Shown here in pieces: positions 1 through 9,988 of a stretch of 64,000 bases of DNA (position 1 is its first letter; the number at the start of each line of letters is the position of its first letter). This stretch comes from an uncultured Gammaproteobacteria bacterium. Its GTDB lineage: Bacteria > Cyanobacteriota > Vampirovibrionia > JBFMGH01. The position numbers were made by a program, and so were the translations under genes. A model generated the notes under the pieces. It searched no databases and had not been told where the DNA came from. It saw nothing but the letters and a program-made list of their open reading frames with translations. The DNA lies in the NCBI GenBank assembly GCA_964517135.1, contig CAZFBA010000006.1:17447-81446 (forward strand), given 5' to 3'.

Positions 1-734
1 TCTACATAGTCCATTACAGTGCTTTCGGCATTTAAAACCTGCCCGCTGTTAAATACTATCTGGTCTCCCAGTGCTTTAACTATTTCAACTATAGCTCTTT
101 GTGTATCATTCTTGGGTGGATCGTGTGTTAAGTAGATGGTTTCTTTGAGGTTAGCAAAATCATTTGTGGCAGAGCCGAGTTCAGACATGTTGGTAAGTAT
201 CTGATTATATAGATTAACGTTAGCACTGTTGCTGAGAGCCTCAGCTACTTCTTGCTGGCGGGCCACGTTGTGCCCGAGGTTAGCAAGTTCCTGTAACAGT
301 TTAATGTCTACCGGCAGGTCGTTATCTCTGGCCTGTTGCAGTATCAAATCAAGCTGTGTTACAAGAGCTTCTGTTCCGCCTGAAGCACCAACTGTTTCGA
401 CTATCTGGCTATAGTTTGCTGGCAGGCCATTAAGAACGAAGTCTCCATAATCTATAGAACATTCACTGGGGCCACAGTTTAATTGAGGTTTTGTGGGTGT
501 CCCACCAAGGCTGCCAGCCTGAACAGCCGCAACCGAACCACCACCGGATGCTGCAGAAGTACCCATAAGACCTGTGCCTGCTATAGAGTCTTCCTGTATG
601 TTTAAAGAAGCCATCATAAAAGCAGGTATATTACCGCTGGAGGCAACATAATATAGGGCACATCCCATTACAAGACCGGCTACAGCAGTGGGAACTATGT
701 AATCCATCAGTGCAGAACCTGAATGTTTTTTCAT
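1..734 (-). CDS. Hypothetical protein, 3'-truncated by the window edge. It has an N-terminal hydrophobic anchor and a Gly/Ser/Ala-rich segment.
   Basis: Manual minus-strand translation from the ATG at 734 (MKKHSGSALMDYIVPTAVAGLVMGCALYY...) runs without a stop to position 1. An AGGA RBS lies upstream of that ATG. The ORF track omits it because it is not closed within the window. Confidence 0.45.
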   Translation of the reverse strand, partial: MKKHSGSALMDYIVPTAVAGLVMGCALYYVASSGNIPAFMMASLNIQEDSIAGTGLMGTSAASGGGSVAAVQAGSLGGTPTKPQLNCGPSECSIDYGDFVLNGLPANYSQIVETVGASGGTEALVTQLDLILQQARDNDLPVDIKLLQELANLGHNVARQQEVAEALSNSANVNLYNQILTNMSELGSATNDFANLKETIYLTHDPPKNDTQRAIVEIVKALGDQIVFNSGQVLNAESTVMDYV

Positions 735-923
735 CTTATTCCTTCTAGTTTTTTGTCTCCTTCTTTTATATTAATCGGATAATTTTTTATTAAGTTGAGT
801 AAAAGTTATGAAATGTAATAAAAAACTTAATGGAACCTCTGATTAATTAAGGAATTATAGCTTCAAGCAAAAACAGGAAGGGGATAAAAATTTAAAGCAT
901 AAATAGTTTAGCTTAATCAGTAT

Positions 924-1832
924 TTATGAATATTTACGCTCTATAATTCTGGCTATGATACGTCTGCCATAAGGAAAGGATGACAATACCAGTCGTCCAA
1001 GGCATTTAGCATACAATACAAACAGGGCAACAGGGGCAAGTATCAATGGCCAGTGCTTGAAATACATATGTATTGTAGCAAAAAAATAATATTGAGAACC
1101 TTTATGACCTAATAATTTCTTTATCGATTTTATTGCAAGCCCCTGCGGGAACTGCCAGGTCGTAGATTCAGTATAGTTCCACATTTTAACTGCCGGGGTA
1201 AATAGCAGCCGGTAACCTGCATTTTTAGCCCTGAGGGTTAATTCTGCATCAGCAAAATATTGTGGCAGGTGTTGTTCGTCATAATACCCGACATCCTGAA
1301 AGACTATAGCAGGTATAAAACATCCCATACCTGTTAGAAAGTCAACCTCTCTTACTTCCTGATAGGCAGAATCTCTTATTCCATAAGGTATTATATCAAA
1401 ATGTGGAGTTTTGATTCTGTTTATATGGCCGCCTGCACAAAATACCCTATCAGAATTACTTATATCGTATACAATACCACCAACCAGGCTCTTTGGAAAT
1501 TTTTGATATAAGGCAATATACTCTTTAATAATATCTTTATCTACTATTAGATCATTATTAAGGGTTAATATAAAGTCGGTATTCTTTGTTAGAGAATATT
1601 TTATGCCAGCATTAACAGACTTTGTCCACCAGTCATCGCCGCTGCCTTTAAGCATTATAACTTCAGGGTATTCTTTAGAGAGAATATCAGCAGTATCATC
1701 TGTTGAACCATCGTCAATAACAACAATTTTATAATTAGAATAGTCAATCAGTCTTGCAGAAGCAAGAAATTTAAGTGTATATTCAATACGATTATGTACA
1801 GGTACTACAATATATACAAGTGGCTCGTTCAT
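924..1832 (-). CDS. Glycosyltransferase family 2
   Basis: N-terminal YIVVPVHNR...IVVIDDGSTDDT and a DxD-like LNNDLIVDKD are typical of the GT-A fold GT2 family. Its ATG overlaps the upstream gene's stop by 4 bp. Confidence 0.85.
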   Translation of the reverse strand: MNEPLVYIVVPVHNRIEYTLKFLASARLIDYSNYKIVVIDDGSTDDTADILSKEYPEVIMLKGSGDDWWTKSVNAGIKYSLTKNTDFILTLNNDLIVDKDIIKEYIALYQKFPKSLVGGIVYDISNSDRVFCAGGHINRIKTPHFDIIPYGIRDSAYQEVREVDFLTGMGCFIPAIVFQDVGYYDEQHLPQYFADAELTLRAKNAGYRLLFTPAVKMWNYTESTTWQFPQGLAIKSIKKLLGHKGSQYYFFATIHMYFKHWPLILAPVALFVLYAKCLGRLVLSSFPYGRRIIARIIERKYS

Positions 1833-3268
1833 AAGCTGGCCTCAACAGGTTTATTTTTAGTTTCTGATAATTTAAATACAACCATAGCCTGTAAAATGGC
1901 TGCAAAAATCCAGATGAATACCCAGTGTAAAACAGAAGTATAGAACGATGTACATAAAAATATTATTATGTAATATTTTCCTGCAACGAAAAAGTCTTTT
2001 TCAATGTCTTTATAGAATTTTTCGAGTTTTTGTATTTTTAGCAACAGGCTAATGAAAAACCCGAACAATAGTATAATACCTATCAGGCCTGTTTCAGCAA
2101 GGGTTCTAAAAAATATACCCGAGGTGGGGCCTGTAAATTCTTCAGTTTCATCTGTGTATTTAATATACTGTTCAAGTTCCCAGCCTATATCAATGGGTGA
2201 TTCTCTTAACTGATCTGTAATAGCTTTAGTAAAGTTTCCGTAACCAACCCCAAATAGAGGGTTTTTTAAGAATATATATACCGAATTATAAAATATAACA
2301 TATCTTGTTATCAGAGATCCTTCTACAATATAGAGTTTTTCTGGCTCATCAATGTTTTCAATAACCCTTATTACACGTTCAATAGGGCTGTGCATTTTTA
2401 TTAAAGCTTTTTTCTCCTGATGAAAGATATCAAGACTGACAACAAAACTGGCAATAATCATAACAAGTATAAGAATATTAACGATAAACACCCCGGGCAA
2501 CATCTTTAATCTGCGGAACCAGTGCCCAAGTATAATAAGCAAAAGCAATACACCAATAACAATATAAGGGGGCGACTGAGCCAGGAGCAGGTTTATAAGC
2601 ATCAAACAGAACACAGTATATTTTATAATTCTGTCATACAGGGTATTAGAAAATATTTTATTCTTGCTAAAGCAAAGACCATAAACAAAAGGGGAAATTA
2701 TAATGATAAAATAAGCATAAACAGAAGGTTCAAGAAAAAGGGTCATAATCCTTGTATCATCAGTGTAGCCACCACCCATGATCAGCCTTCTATTTGAAAT
2801 AAAGTAAAATCCCTGCTTGATAAAGTTTATACCCATTGCCATACCAGCATATTGAATGAGGCCCAGAACAAAAATAACGGCAAATATAATAAATGTGACC
2901 TTTATAAAAGCCTTAAAATTGATCAGTTCGGGCAGCGCAATGATTATAGTCAAAAATACAAAGAAAATCGTACATATCAACCCGCCAAAGATTGCATTCA
3001 AGAAACTTGAATAATAAAAATGCCCCGTATAAAGAGATATTGCTACAGTAACAAGACTCCATACAGCAAAAAGCAGCAGCCATTTGAATGACCTGGTTTT
3101 ATAATTTGCAAGAAGCTTTCTATAAGATATTTTAGGGTAAAAAGCTGCACATAAAAATAGAAACAGGCCTGTCCAGAAAAAATATAGCGGTATCGCCCGA
3201 AGCCCAGCACCAATATAAAAGTTTGATGCAAAACAAAAAATATAGGCTAAAAAAAAGATTATTTTCAT
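1829..3268 (-). CDS. Polytopic membrane protein, O-antigen ligase/polymerase-like (Wzy/WaaL-like). This is the kind of ligase-like protein found in PEP-CTERM-associated loci.
   Basis: 479 aa with more than ten hydrophobic helices and a larger loop in the C-terminal half. It sits in an operon with a GT2 gene inside an EPS locus. Confidence 0.55.
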   Translation of the reverse strand: MKIIFFLAYIFCFASNFYIGAGLRAIPLYFFWTGLFLFLCAAFYPKISYRKLLANYKTRSFKWLLLFAVWSLVTVAISLYTGHFYYSSFLNAIFGGLICTIFFVFLTIIIALPELINFKAFIKVTFIIFAVIFVLGLIQYAGMAMGINFIKQGFYFISNRRLIMGGGYTDDTRIMTLFLEPSVYAYFIIIISPFVYGLCFSKNKIFSNTLYDRIIKYTVFCLMLINLLLAQSPPYIVIGVLLLLIILGHWFRRLKMLPGVFIVNILILVMIIASFVVSLDIFHQEKKALIKMHSPIERVIRVIENIDEPEKLYIVEGSLITRYVIFYNSVYIFLKNPLFGVGYGNFTKAITDQLRESPIDIGWELEQYIKYTDETEEFTGPTSGIFFRTLAETGLIGIILLFGFFISLLLKIQKLEKFYKDIEKDFFVAGKYYIIIFLCTSFYTSVLHWVFIWIFAAILQAMVVFKLSETKNKPVEASL

Positions 3269-3376
3269 CTTATCTCATTCAAAATTAGTTTATTCAGGCC
3301 AATTTTGCTAAAATACAGTATTGTCATTTTCCTAAAAAATAAAAGCAATTACAAAAAGTTAGCCGGTCAGAAGATA

Positions 3377-4816
3377 ATGAACGTCATATTTATTTACAGT
3401 TACCATATACCTGTTTCAGCAGAAAAGCCGCTGAGAACCATTGGGGAAATGCATTTTGGGATCTCATATATTGCATCGCTTCTGAAAGAAAGAGGGCACA
3501 GGATTGAGCTGGTTGTTTTAAGCCCTCTTTCAGGCCGAAAGAATTTCGATATTCTCGATAAGTATTTGAAAAATAATACTTACGGGATGGCCTGTTTTAC
3601 AGCTGTTACAACTGAATATCCTTTTATGGCAGGCATTGCAGACTATATCAAAAAGAACTATCCTGAGATATATCTGATTGCAGGTGGAGCTCATGCATCT
3701 TTATGCCCTGATGAGGTAATTAAAGATAGCTTTGATGCACTTTGTGTGGGTGAGGGTGAGTATCCTGTGCTTGAGCTGATTGAAAAACTTTATCGAAAAG
3801 AAAACCCTTCAGGTATTGCTAATCTCTGGATCAAAACAGGGAAAGAAATAGAAAAAAATGCCCCCCGTCCGTTCCTTCAGGATCTTGATCTTCTTCCATT
3901 TCCAGAACACGATGTCTGGTTTCAGTGGGTTAATGAGCCTGTTGAACAGAACCATTTTATAAATATATTGCTGGGTAGAGGGTGCCCTTTTTCCTGTACA
4001 TATTGCAGCAACCATGCTCTGAGAAAACTAACCAGTGGCAAATATGTCAGGCTAAGAAATACCGAAAATATTATCAAAGAATTAGCTTTTATTGAAAAAA
4101 AATACCCTGCTGTAAATAACATATACTTTGAAATAGAGACAATAACAGCTAATGCTGACTGGTTTTATGATTTTGCAGAAAAGCTTAAAGCCTTTAATGA
4201 ATCCATTAGTCAAAAATTTCATTACTCAGTAAACGTACGCATCACTCCAAATGTAGACTATGAAGCCTTTTTTAAAACATTAAAAGACTGCAATTTCTCT
4301 TCTGTCAATATTGGCCTGGAATCAGGCAGCGAAAGAGTCAGAAAAGAGATACTCAACCGCAATTATTCAAACGATGATGTTATCAATGCCGTCAAAAACG
4401 CAAAAGCAAATGAATTAAAAGTTACTTTCTACAATCTGATAGGCCTGCCAGGAGAAACAGAAGAAGACTTCAAAGAAACAATAAGGTTAAACAGACTCTG
4501 CCAGCCAGACAGGCACCTTACAAGCATATTTTATCCTTATCCGGGTACAATTTTGTATGATAGATGTAAAGCAAGAGGGCTGTTAAATAATATTAACTCC
4601 CGTCTGGAACGCATTCTACCGGCCATGGATCTCCCAGAGTTCCCTAAGAGTCTTGTTATGAAATACTTTATTCTTTTTGACTATTATGTTTACAGGGGAA
4701 ATCGTCCGTTTACATTTTTATTGTTTAAAACAGTTCAAAATCTTATCAAAACGAATGTCATGACCTACCGTCTGGGGCGCAAACTTACGTTATTATTTAG
4801 TCAGCACAGTCATTAG
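3377..4816 (+). CDS. B12-binding-domain radical SAM protein (class B rSAM)
   Basis: The CxxxCxxC motif is GRGCPFSCTYCSNH. The N-terminal region resembles a cobalamin-binding Rossmann domain. The track start at 3305 is a TTG; the ATG at 3377 (MNVIFIYSYH) is more plausible. Confidence 0.8.
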   Translation: MNVIFIYSYHIPVSAEKPLRTIGEMHFGISYIASLLKERGHRIELVVLSPLSGRKNFDILDKYLKNNTYGMACFTAVTTEYPFMAGIADYIKKNYPEIYLIAGGAHASLCPDEVIKDSFDALCVGEGEYPVLELIEKLYRKENPSGIANLWIKTGKEIEKNAPRPFLQDLDLLPFPEHDVWFQWVNEPVEQNHFINILLGRGCPFSCTYCSNHALRKLTSGKYVRLRNTENIIKELAFIEKKYPAVNNIYFEIETITANADWFYDFAEKLKAFNESISQKFHYSVNVRITPNVDYEAFFKTLKDCNFSSVNIGLESGSERVRKEILNRNYSNDDVINAVKNAKANELKVTFYNLIGLPGETEEDFKETIRLNRLCQPDRHLTSIFYPYPGTILYDRCKARGLLNNINSRLERILPAMDLPEFPKSLVMKYFILFDYYVYRGNRPFTFLLFKTVQNLIKTNVMTYRLGRKLTLLFSQHSH

Positions 4817-4857
4817 CAGAGGTTTAGCTTTTTCTGTTCAGGTTTTAAATGTGCAGG

Positions 4858-6735
4858 TTAATACTTTGCCGGTATAATATTTTCGTAGTCTTGAACAGTT
4901 CCTTTATCCAGACAGCATTCAATAATCTGGCGGCCCAGTGGTGATATATCGGAGGTTAAAAAGTTTTTAAGTTCTTTTATAAAGAAGTCATAAAGCATCG
5001 TGGCTCCTCTGTCATATCCTTCTTCACCTACTTCAGGCTGTAAGTTTGTTTCAAAAAACTTGTCAGCTATCATTGTTCCTTCAAACTGCATTGATTTGAC
5101 TACATAGCCAGCAAGCGGAGAACGTGCCGGTTTAATTTTCTCATAGTTAAATTGTGCCTGACCTCTTCTGGCGAGGTATTCTCTGGCTATCCATTGTGGC
5201 ATAAAGCCAACTTCCCAGGCACCCAGGTGCTGATTAGGTATAAGTATATACCTTGTACCGGGTGTTTTAATAATCTGTTCCAGCAATATATTAGCATGAT
5301 CTACCTGTCTGCCAGTAGCAAAAGGCCAATAAGAGCCTACACCTTCACTTGACAAACCTTCTGTATCAATAATACTGGGATTAGAAAAGCCTCTAGGAGC
5401 TACAAGCCTCCACAGCCAGGCCAGAGAAGGTGGCAACAAATGAAATATACCAAAAATACCATAAGAAGGCTTTTCTCTGGTGCAGGGTGGAGTTCTAATA
5501 CCAAAACTACGGTATTCTATTTCAACTGGCTCGTTACAAATGTTTTGTACTATATCTCTTGGTATAACTACTCTCGGATTTGGGCAGGTTATGCCAGGGG
5601 TATCTTCGATATGTTCCCAGAGAAGACAGGTAGAACGGGGACGTGCATCCATATTTAAAAAGATCAGTGGTTTTTTAGAATGTATTGTCATGCTTTCAAG
5701 CACAGGATCTGTACCGTACTTCTGTATGTGGTTTACCCTTACAAACCAGGCTTTTTCGGCGTCTGTTACAACAAGATTGCCTTTGCCATTTTGAAATTCA
5801 GGGTGACAGAGAGCCATATCATCTGTAACAGGATGCAAACTACAGGATTGATTGAGCGTTATGTGTTTTTTTGACCCATCTACAGTATTAATGCCCAGCA
5901 AGAGCCTTCCATCAGCCTGTCTGTGTGCATATTCAAGCATTTCACTTTTACCACTTCCGCTGGCTCCTTCGTGTAAAAAGGTTATTTCATTATCGTAAGG
6001 TGTTATAACCTTTACGGTAGAGCCATGGAGGGTAGTCCAGCCTTCTTTAATGCCCATAGAAAGCAGCAGGCCATAAACACCTTTCTTTGCGCTGGGCCCA
6101 AGGTAGAGATTATATGAAAACATTTCGTGAAGGCCATTTTGAATATTATGAATAACGTATTGCTTTTTGTTAAAATGAGTATGCCTGAACGGTGGTGCAA
6201 GAAATATTATTGAACGTGGTATAAAGTTAGTGCCATCATATTTAAGATCAGCCATACCCTGAAGATCAGCCAGACTTGCTGCAAAAAAAGCTGCATTTCT
6301 TGGGGCTATCAATAGTGTTGGATATCCAAGTTTATCGTTACCGGCTATAAAAGGAAGAAGTATTAATTCATTTTGCTTGAGCCACTCAAATGTTTGCTGT
6401 CTTAGATCTTCAAATGGCTTATTAAATTTATCAGAATAACATTGTTTATCTGTATGTTCTATGTTATTTACTAGCATACAGTCAGGATCACGTCTTCTCA
6501 TATAGGCTTCAGGATAATTTACAGCAAGGCCATTTTTGCATCTTGCTATAGTTGCTTCTGTTACAGGCTCCATACCTTCTATATGGTATGTTACTTCGTA
6601 ATAGTCATTATCTGTTCCATTAAGAGCCAGATCAATAAGTTCATCTCTCTCTTTAGGAAGAATGATACCTCTTGCTTCGCTGACAAACTGCTTGATTTCA
6701 TCCGGAAGACAGAGGTTACTTAAGATAAAAGCCAT
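4858..6735 (-). CDS. Protein of unknown function with an HPr-kinase/PEPCK-type P-loop
   Basis: 625 aa. The internal motif LHEGASGSGKSEMLEYAHRQADGRLL matches the HprK Walker A pattern GxSGxGKSE and the following H-R-x-x-D segment. A good AGGAAG RBS precedes the ATG. The region looks GC-richer than its neighbours. Confidence 0.5.
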   Translation of the reverse strand: MAFILSNLCLPDEIKQFVSEARGIILPKERDELIDLALNGTDNDYYEVTYHIEGMEPVTEATIARCKNGLAVNYPEAYMRRRDPDCMLVNNIEHTDKQCYSDKFNKPFEDLRQQTFEWLKQNELILLPFIAGNDKLGYPTLLIAPRNAAFFAASLADLQGMADLKYDGTNFIPRSIIFLAPPFRHTHFNKKQYVIHNIQNGLHEMFSYNLYLGPSAKKGVYGLLLSMGIKEGWTTLHGSTVKVITPYDNEITFLHEGASGSGKSEMLEYAHRQADGRLLLGINTVDGSKKHITLNQSCSLHPVTDDMALCHPEFQNGKGNLVVTDAEKAWFVRVNHIQKYGTDPVLESMTIHSKKPLIFLNMDARPRSTCLLWEHIEDTPGITCPNPRVVIPRDIVQNICNEPVEIEYRSFGIRTPPCTREKPSYGIFGIFHLLPPSLAWLWRLVAPRGFSNPSIIDTEGLSSEGVGSYWPFATGRQVDHANILLEQIIKTPGTRYILIPNQHLGAWEVGFMPQWIAREYLARRGQAQFNYEKIKPARSPLAGYVVKSMQFEGTMIADKFFETNLQPEVGEEGYDRGATMLYDFFIKELKNFLTSDISPLGRQIIECCLDKGTVQDYENIIPAKY

Positions 6736-7371
6736 TTTAACTTCCTTTAAACTTTTATAATATCTGAATAACTTTGTATTGTAAGAATGTCAAACTTTTT
6801 TAAGATTCTGTTTTAGCCAGTATTAGAAGTGCTATTCTTTAAAATAATAGTAAACTTTACTGTTTGATGCATTTAAGTCAGGGGTAATGGTATGTTTTGT
6901 TCATAATATGGCAATCAATCTTGAAATGCAATTATTTTCGCATTTGTATTGATACAAATATTTAGAATCTGGTCTTTAGAAGACATTTAAAGCGTTTTCA
7001 ATTGTTGCCTGCCGGTATATTGTCATACCGAAAACCTGATAAACTGCTCAGGTATTCATTTGTCATAATGGGCCTTTTTTAAAAGGTACCAGAGAGGCAG
7101 TTTTTGTAAATATTCTGTAACAAAAAGACCAACAGAGGGTTGATCATTTATTTGTTGCCTACCTGCATACTTGGACAAATAACCATCTTTCTTCACACTA
7201 TTCTTAATCGCTATTATGATAATTGTAGTATAATCCAAAAGAGCTGTTTTTTCTTAACTTTGTACAATTATTATACATTATGTAGTAGAATATAATATGT
7301 TGATTTAAACAGAGCTATTATCATAATTTGCAGTTATCTCAGACTTTTTAACCGGGAAACATTTTAACCTT

Positions 7372-8283
7372 ATGAAGAATATCTTTACTGTCGATGTAGA
7401 AGACTGGTACCATATATTAGACCTCAAATCAACACCTGAGTTTTCCAGATGGGATGCTTTGCCATCCATTGTTGAAAAGAATTTTTACAATCTACTGGAT
7501 CTTTTCAGTGAAAAAGATGTTAAAACAACCTGCTTTTTTCTGGGCTGGATAGCAGAAAAATATCCACATCTGGTTAAAGAAGCAGTCATGAGAGGTCACG
7601 AAGTAGCTTCTCACGGTTACAAGCATAAACTTGTCTATAAAATGACCCCTGAAGAATTTTATTTTGACGCAAAAAGATCAAAAGAGGCAATTGAAGATAT
7701 CACAGGCAAGAAAGTTTCAGGTTTTAGAGCCCCGGGGTTTTCAACTACAGAAGAAACACCCTGGTTTTTTGATCTTCTTATTAAAGCCGGCTATACATAT
7801 GATTCATCCCTGTTCCCTATTCCCAGGCTTCATGGCGGCATGAAATCTAATAATTTAGCCCCTTTTAAAGTTACCGAAGACTTTTATGAGTTTCCTATTA
7901 CGCTTATTAAGCTGTTAAACTCTTATCATTGCTTCTTTGGGGGTGGATATCTTAGACATAACTTTTATTTTACCATAAAGCACATGACTAAAAAGGTCTT
8001 AAACGAAGGTCGTCCGGTTATATTTTATATTCATCCACGTGAAATAGATAGCAATCATCCAAGATTGCCAATGAATGCAATACGCTACATTAAGTCATAC
8101 GGTTATCTTCATACAACAAAGAGCAAGCTACGCAGTATTTTTAATGATTTTGAGATTACAACAGTTGAAAATTTCATAAATAACTATCCTATGGCTATTG
8201 CACCTGCTCAAAAGTCTACATTGATAGAGTTGAATAAATTTGCTAATTCAGCTACATTAAAAAAAGTGCCAACCCATCTCTAA
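7372..8283 (+). CDS. Polysaccharide deacetylase family protein, PEP-CTERM/XrtA-locus type
   Basis: The N-terminus MKNIFTVDVEDWYH is the hallmark of the exosortase-locus deacetylase subfamily. It carries NodB-like His and Asp residues and sits in an EPS gene context. Confidence 0.8.
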   Translation: MKNIFTVDVEDWYHILDLKSTPEFSRWDALPSIVEKNFYNLLDLFSEKDVKTTCFFLGWIAEKYPHLVKEAVMRGHEVASHGYKHKLVYKMTPEEFYFDAKRSKEAIEDITGKKVSGFRAPGFSTTEETPWFFDLLIKAGYTYDSSLFPIPRLHGGMKSNNLAPFKVTEDFYEFPITLIKLLNSYHCFFGGGYLRHNFYFTIKHMTKKVLNEGRPVIFYIHPREIDSNHPRLPMNAIRYIKSYGYLHTTKSKLRSIFNDFEITTVENFINNYPMAIAPAQKSTLIELNKFANSATLKKVPTHL

Positions 8284-8295
8284 TGAAGGTTAAAA

Positions 8296-8937
8296 ATGTC
8301 AGATAATATTACATCTCAATTCTTTAACACATATGCAGTGGATTTCAACGCCATCTATGGCAATAACCATAATCTGTGGAACAGTTTCATTAATTTACAC
8401 TTTCGCAAAAGTATGAAACTAAGGCTTTTTAAAACACTTGAAGGATGTAACCCGTCAGATAATGCAAAAATAATTGATATTGGGTGTGGGCCGGGCCATT
8501 ATTGCGTGGCTCTGGCAAAAAAGAACGTGGATTCTATTACTGGGGTGGACTTTGCTTCAGAAATGATTGAAATTGCACAGCAAAAAGCCATCTCAGAGGG
8601 TGTTGAAGCTAAATGCAAATTTATTTGTAATGATTTTATGACGATAACTTTCAATGAAACCTTTGATTATTCAATAGTTATGGGCTTTATGGACTATGTT
8701 GATGATCCTGAAGCTCTGATAGAAAAGGTTTTGTCAATTACCTCAAAGAAAGCTTTCTTTAGTTTTCCTCTTGATGGCGGTTTTCTGGCCTGGAAAAGAA
8801 AAATAAAGTACAAAAACCGCTGCAAGCTCTTTCTTTATAAGTATAATGAAATTGAAAAGCTATTTGAAAACAAGGATTTTAGCAGGTTTGAAATAGAAAA
8901 AATAAGCCGGGACGCATTTGTGACAATTTATAAGTAA
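8296..8937 (+). CDS. Class I SAM-dependent methyltransferase
   Basis: Motif I is IIDIGCGPGHY, followed by an acidic motif II (GVDFASEMI) and motif III-like segments. It lies 12 bp downstream of the deacetylase and has an AGGT RBS. Confidence 0.75.
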   Translation: MSDNITSQFFNTYAVDFNAIYGNNHNLWNSFINLHFRKSMKLRLFKTLEGCNPSDNAKIIDIGCGPGHYCVALAKKNVDSITGVDFASEMIEIAQQKAISEGVEAKCKFICNDFMTITFNETFDYSIVMGFMDYVDDPEALIEKVLSITSKKAFFSFPLDGGFLAWKRKIKYKNRCKLFLYKYNEIEKLFENKDFSRFEIEKISRDAFVTIYK

Positions 8938-9010
8938 TTAACATCTATGTATCTATTTAAAACCTGTATCTCAAAGGTAATCCTGATATAATGAATAGCA
9001 ATGAAATGAA

Positions 9011-9988
9011 ATGCAGGAGACTATGCAACAGAAACCGGCACCTGTCGTATTGTTTGTTTATAACAGGCCTCAGCACACAGAGCAATGCCTCGCTGAACTG
9101 GCTAAAAATACTCTTGCAATAGAAACTGAGCTCTATATCTTTTCTGATGGGCCAAAACAGGAAAGCGATCTGGAAAAAATTAAAGCTGTCAGAGCCCTGA
9201 TTAAAAACATATCAGGCTTTAAGGATGTCAAAATTACTGAAAGAGAAACAAACCTGGGTCTGGCAAATTCTGTTATAAGAGGTGTCACAGAGGTTATAAA
9301 TATTCATAATAGGGTAATTGTCCTTGAAGATGATCTTATCACCTGTAGCAATTTTTTGAACTATATGAATAATGCACTTGATTACTATGAGGATCATCCT
9401 AAAGCAGGTTCAGTGACAGGGTTTTCTCTACCTCCGTCACTTTATCCGCTGCCTTCTGACTATCCTTTTGAAGTTTATTTTTCTCACAAAGCCTGCTCAA
9501 CAGGCTGGGGTACCTGGAAACACATCTGGGATACTGTTGACTGGGAAGTTAGCGATTATGATAGTTTTATGAAAGATAAGAAAAGGAAAAAACAATTCAA
9601 CTCTACCGGTAATAATGCTGTCTTAATGCTTAAGCACTATCGAAAAGGTATTATAGATTCCTGGGCAATAAGATGGCACTATCATCATTTTAAAAACGAT
9701 TTCTACTGTGTTTTTCCTGTTAGCAATCTTCTCTATAACACTGGTTTTGACGGCACCGGCATACATAGCAAAGAGGTTAATGATTCATTCTATAATATAA
9801 AATATGATCCTGACAGGGTAAACTTTGAGTTTACAGCCCATATTGAAGAAAATCTTGAAGTTAATCACAACTTTCAAAGGGCTTTTAACCTTCCTGTTTC
9901 TGTTATGTTCTGGATTCACTTTAAAAAATACATCTTTTATGACTACATTAAACAAAAAAATAAAAGAAATGCAGAGGTAAAACTTTGA
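9011..9988 (+). CDS. Putative GT-A fold glycosyltransferase (GnT-I-like)
   Basis: The N-terminal PAPVVLFVYNRPQHTEQCLAEL resembles GnT-I-type transferases and is followed by a DxD-like VLEDDL. Its position within the EPS operon supports the call. Confidence 0.45.
   Translation: MQETMQQKPAPVVLFVYNRPQHTEQCLAELAKNTLAIETELYIFSDGPKQESDLEKIKAVRALIKNISGFKDVKITERETNLGLANSVIRGVTEVINIHNRVIVLEDDLITCSNFLNYMNNALDYYEDHPKAGSVTGFSLPPSLYPLPSDYPFEVYFSHKACSTGWGTWKHIWDTVDWEVSDYDSFMKDKKRKKQFNSTGNNAVLMLKHYRKGIIDSWAIRWHYHHFKNDFYCVFPVSNLLYNTGFDGTGIHSKEVNDSFYNIKYDPDRVNFEFTAHIEENLEVNHNFQRAFNLPVSVMFWIHFKKYIFYDYIKQKNKRNAEVKL

Noticed and set aside
229-414. A 61-aa plus-strand ORF at the window start
   Set aside because: It lies entirely inside the long uninterrupted minus-strand ORF at 1..734 and has no RBS. 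It is most likely a shadow ORF.
6736-7371. A 636-bp AT-rich intergenic region containing a 60-aa ORF (7056..7238) and short palindromes
   Set aside because: The ORF has no RBS and has promoter-like composition. The palindromes are short, with 5–6-bp arms, and are expected by chance in AT-rich DNA.
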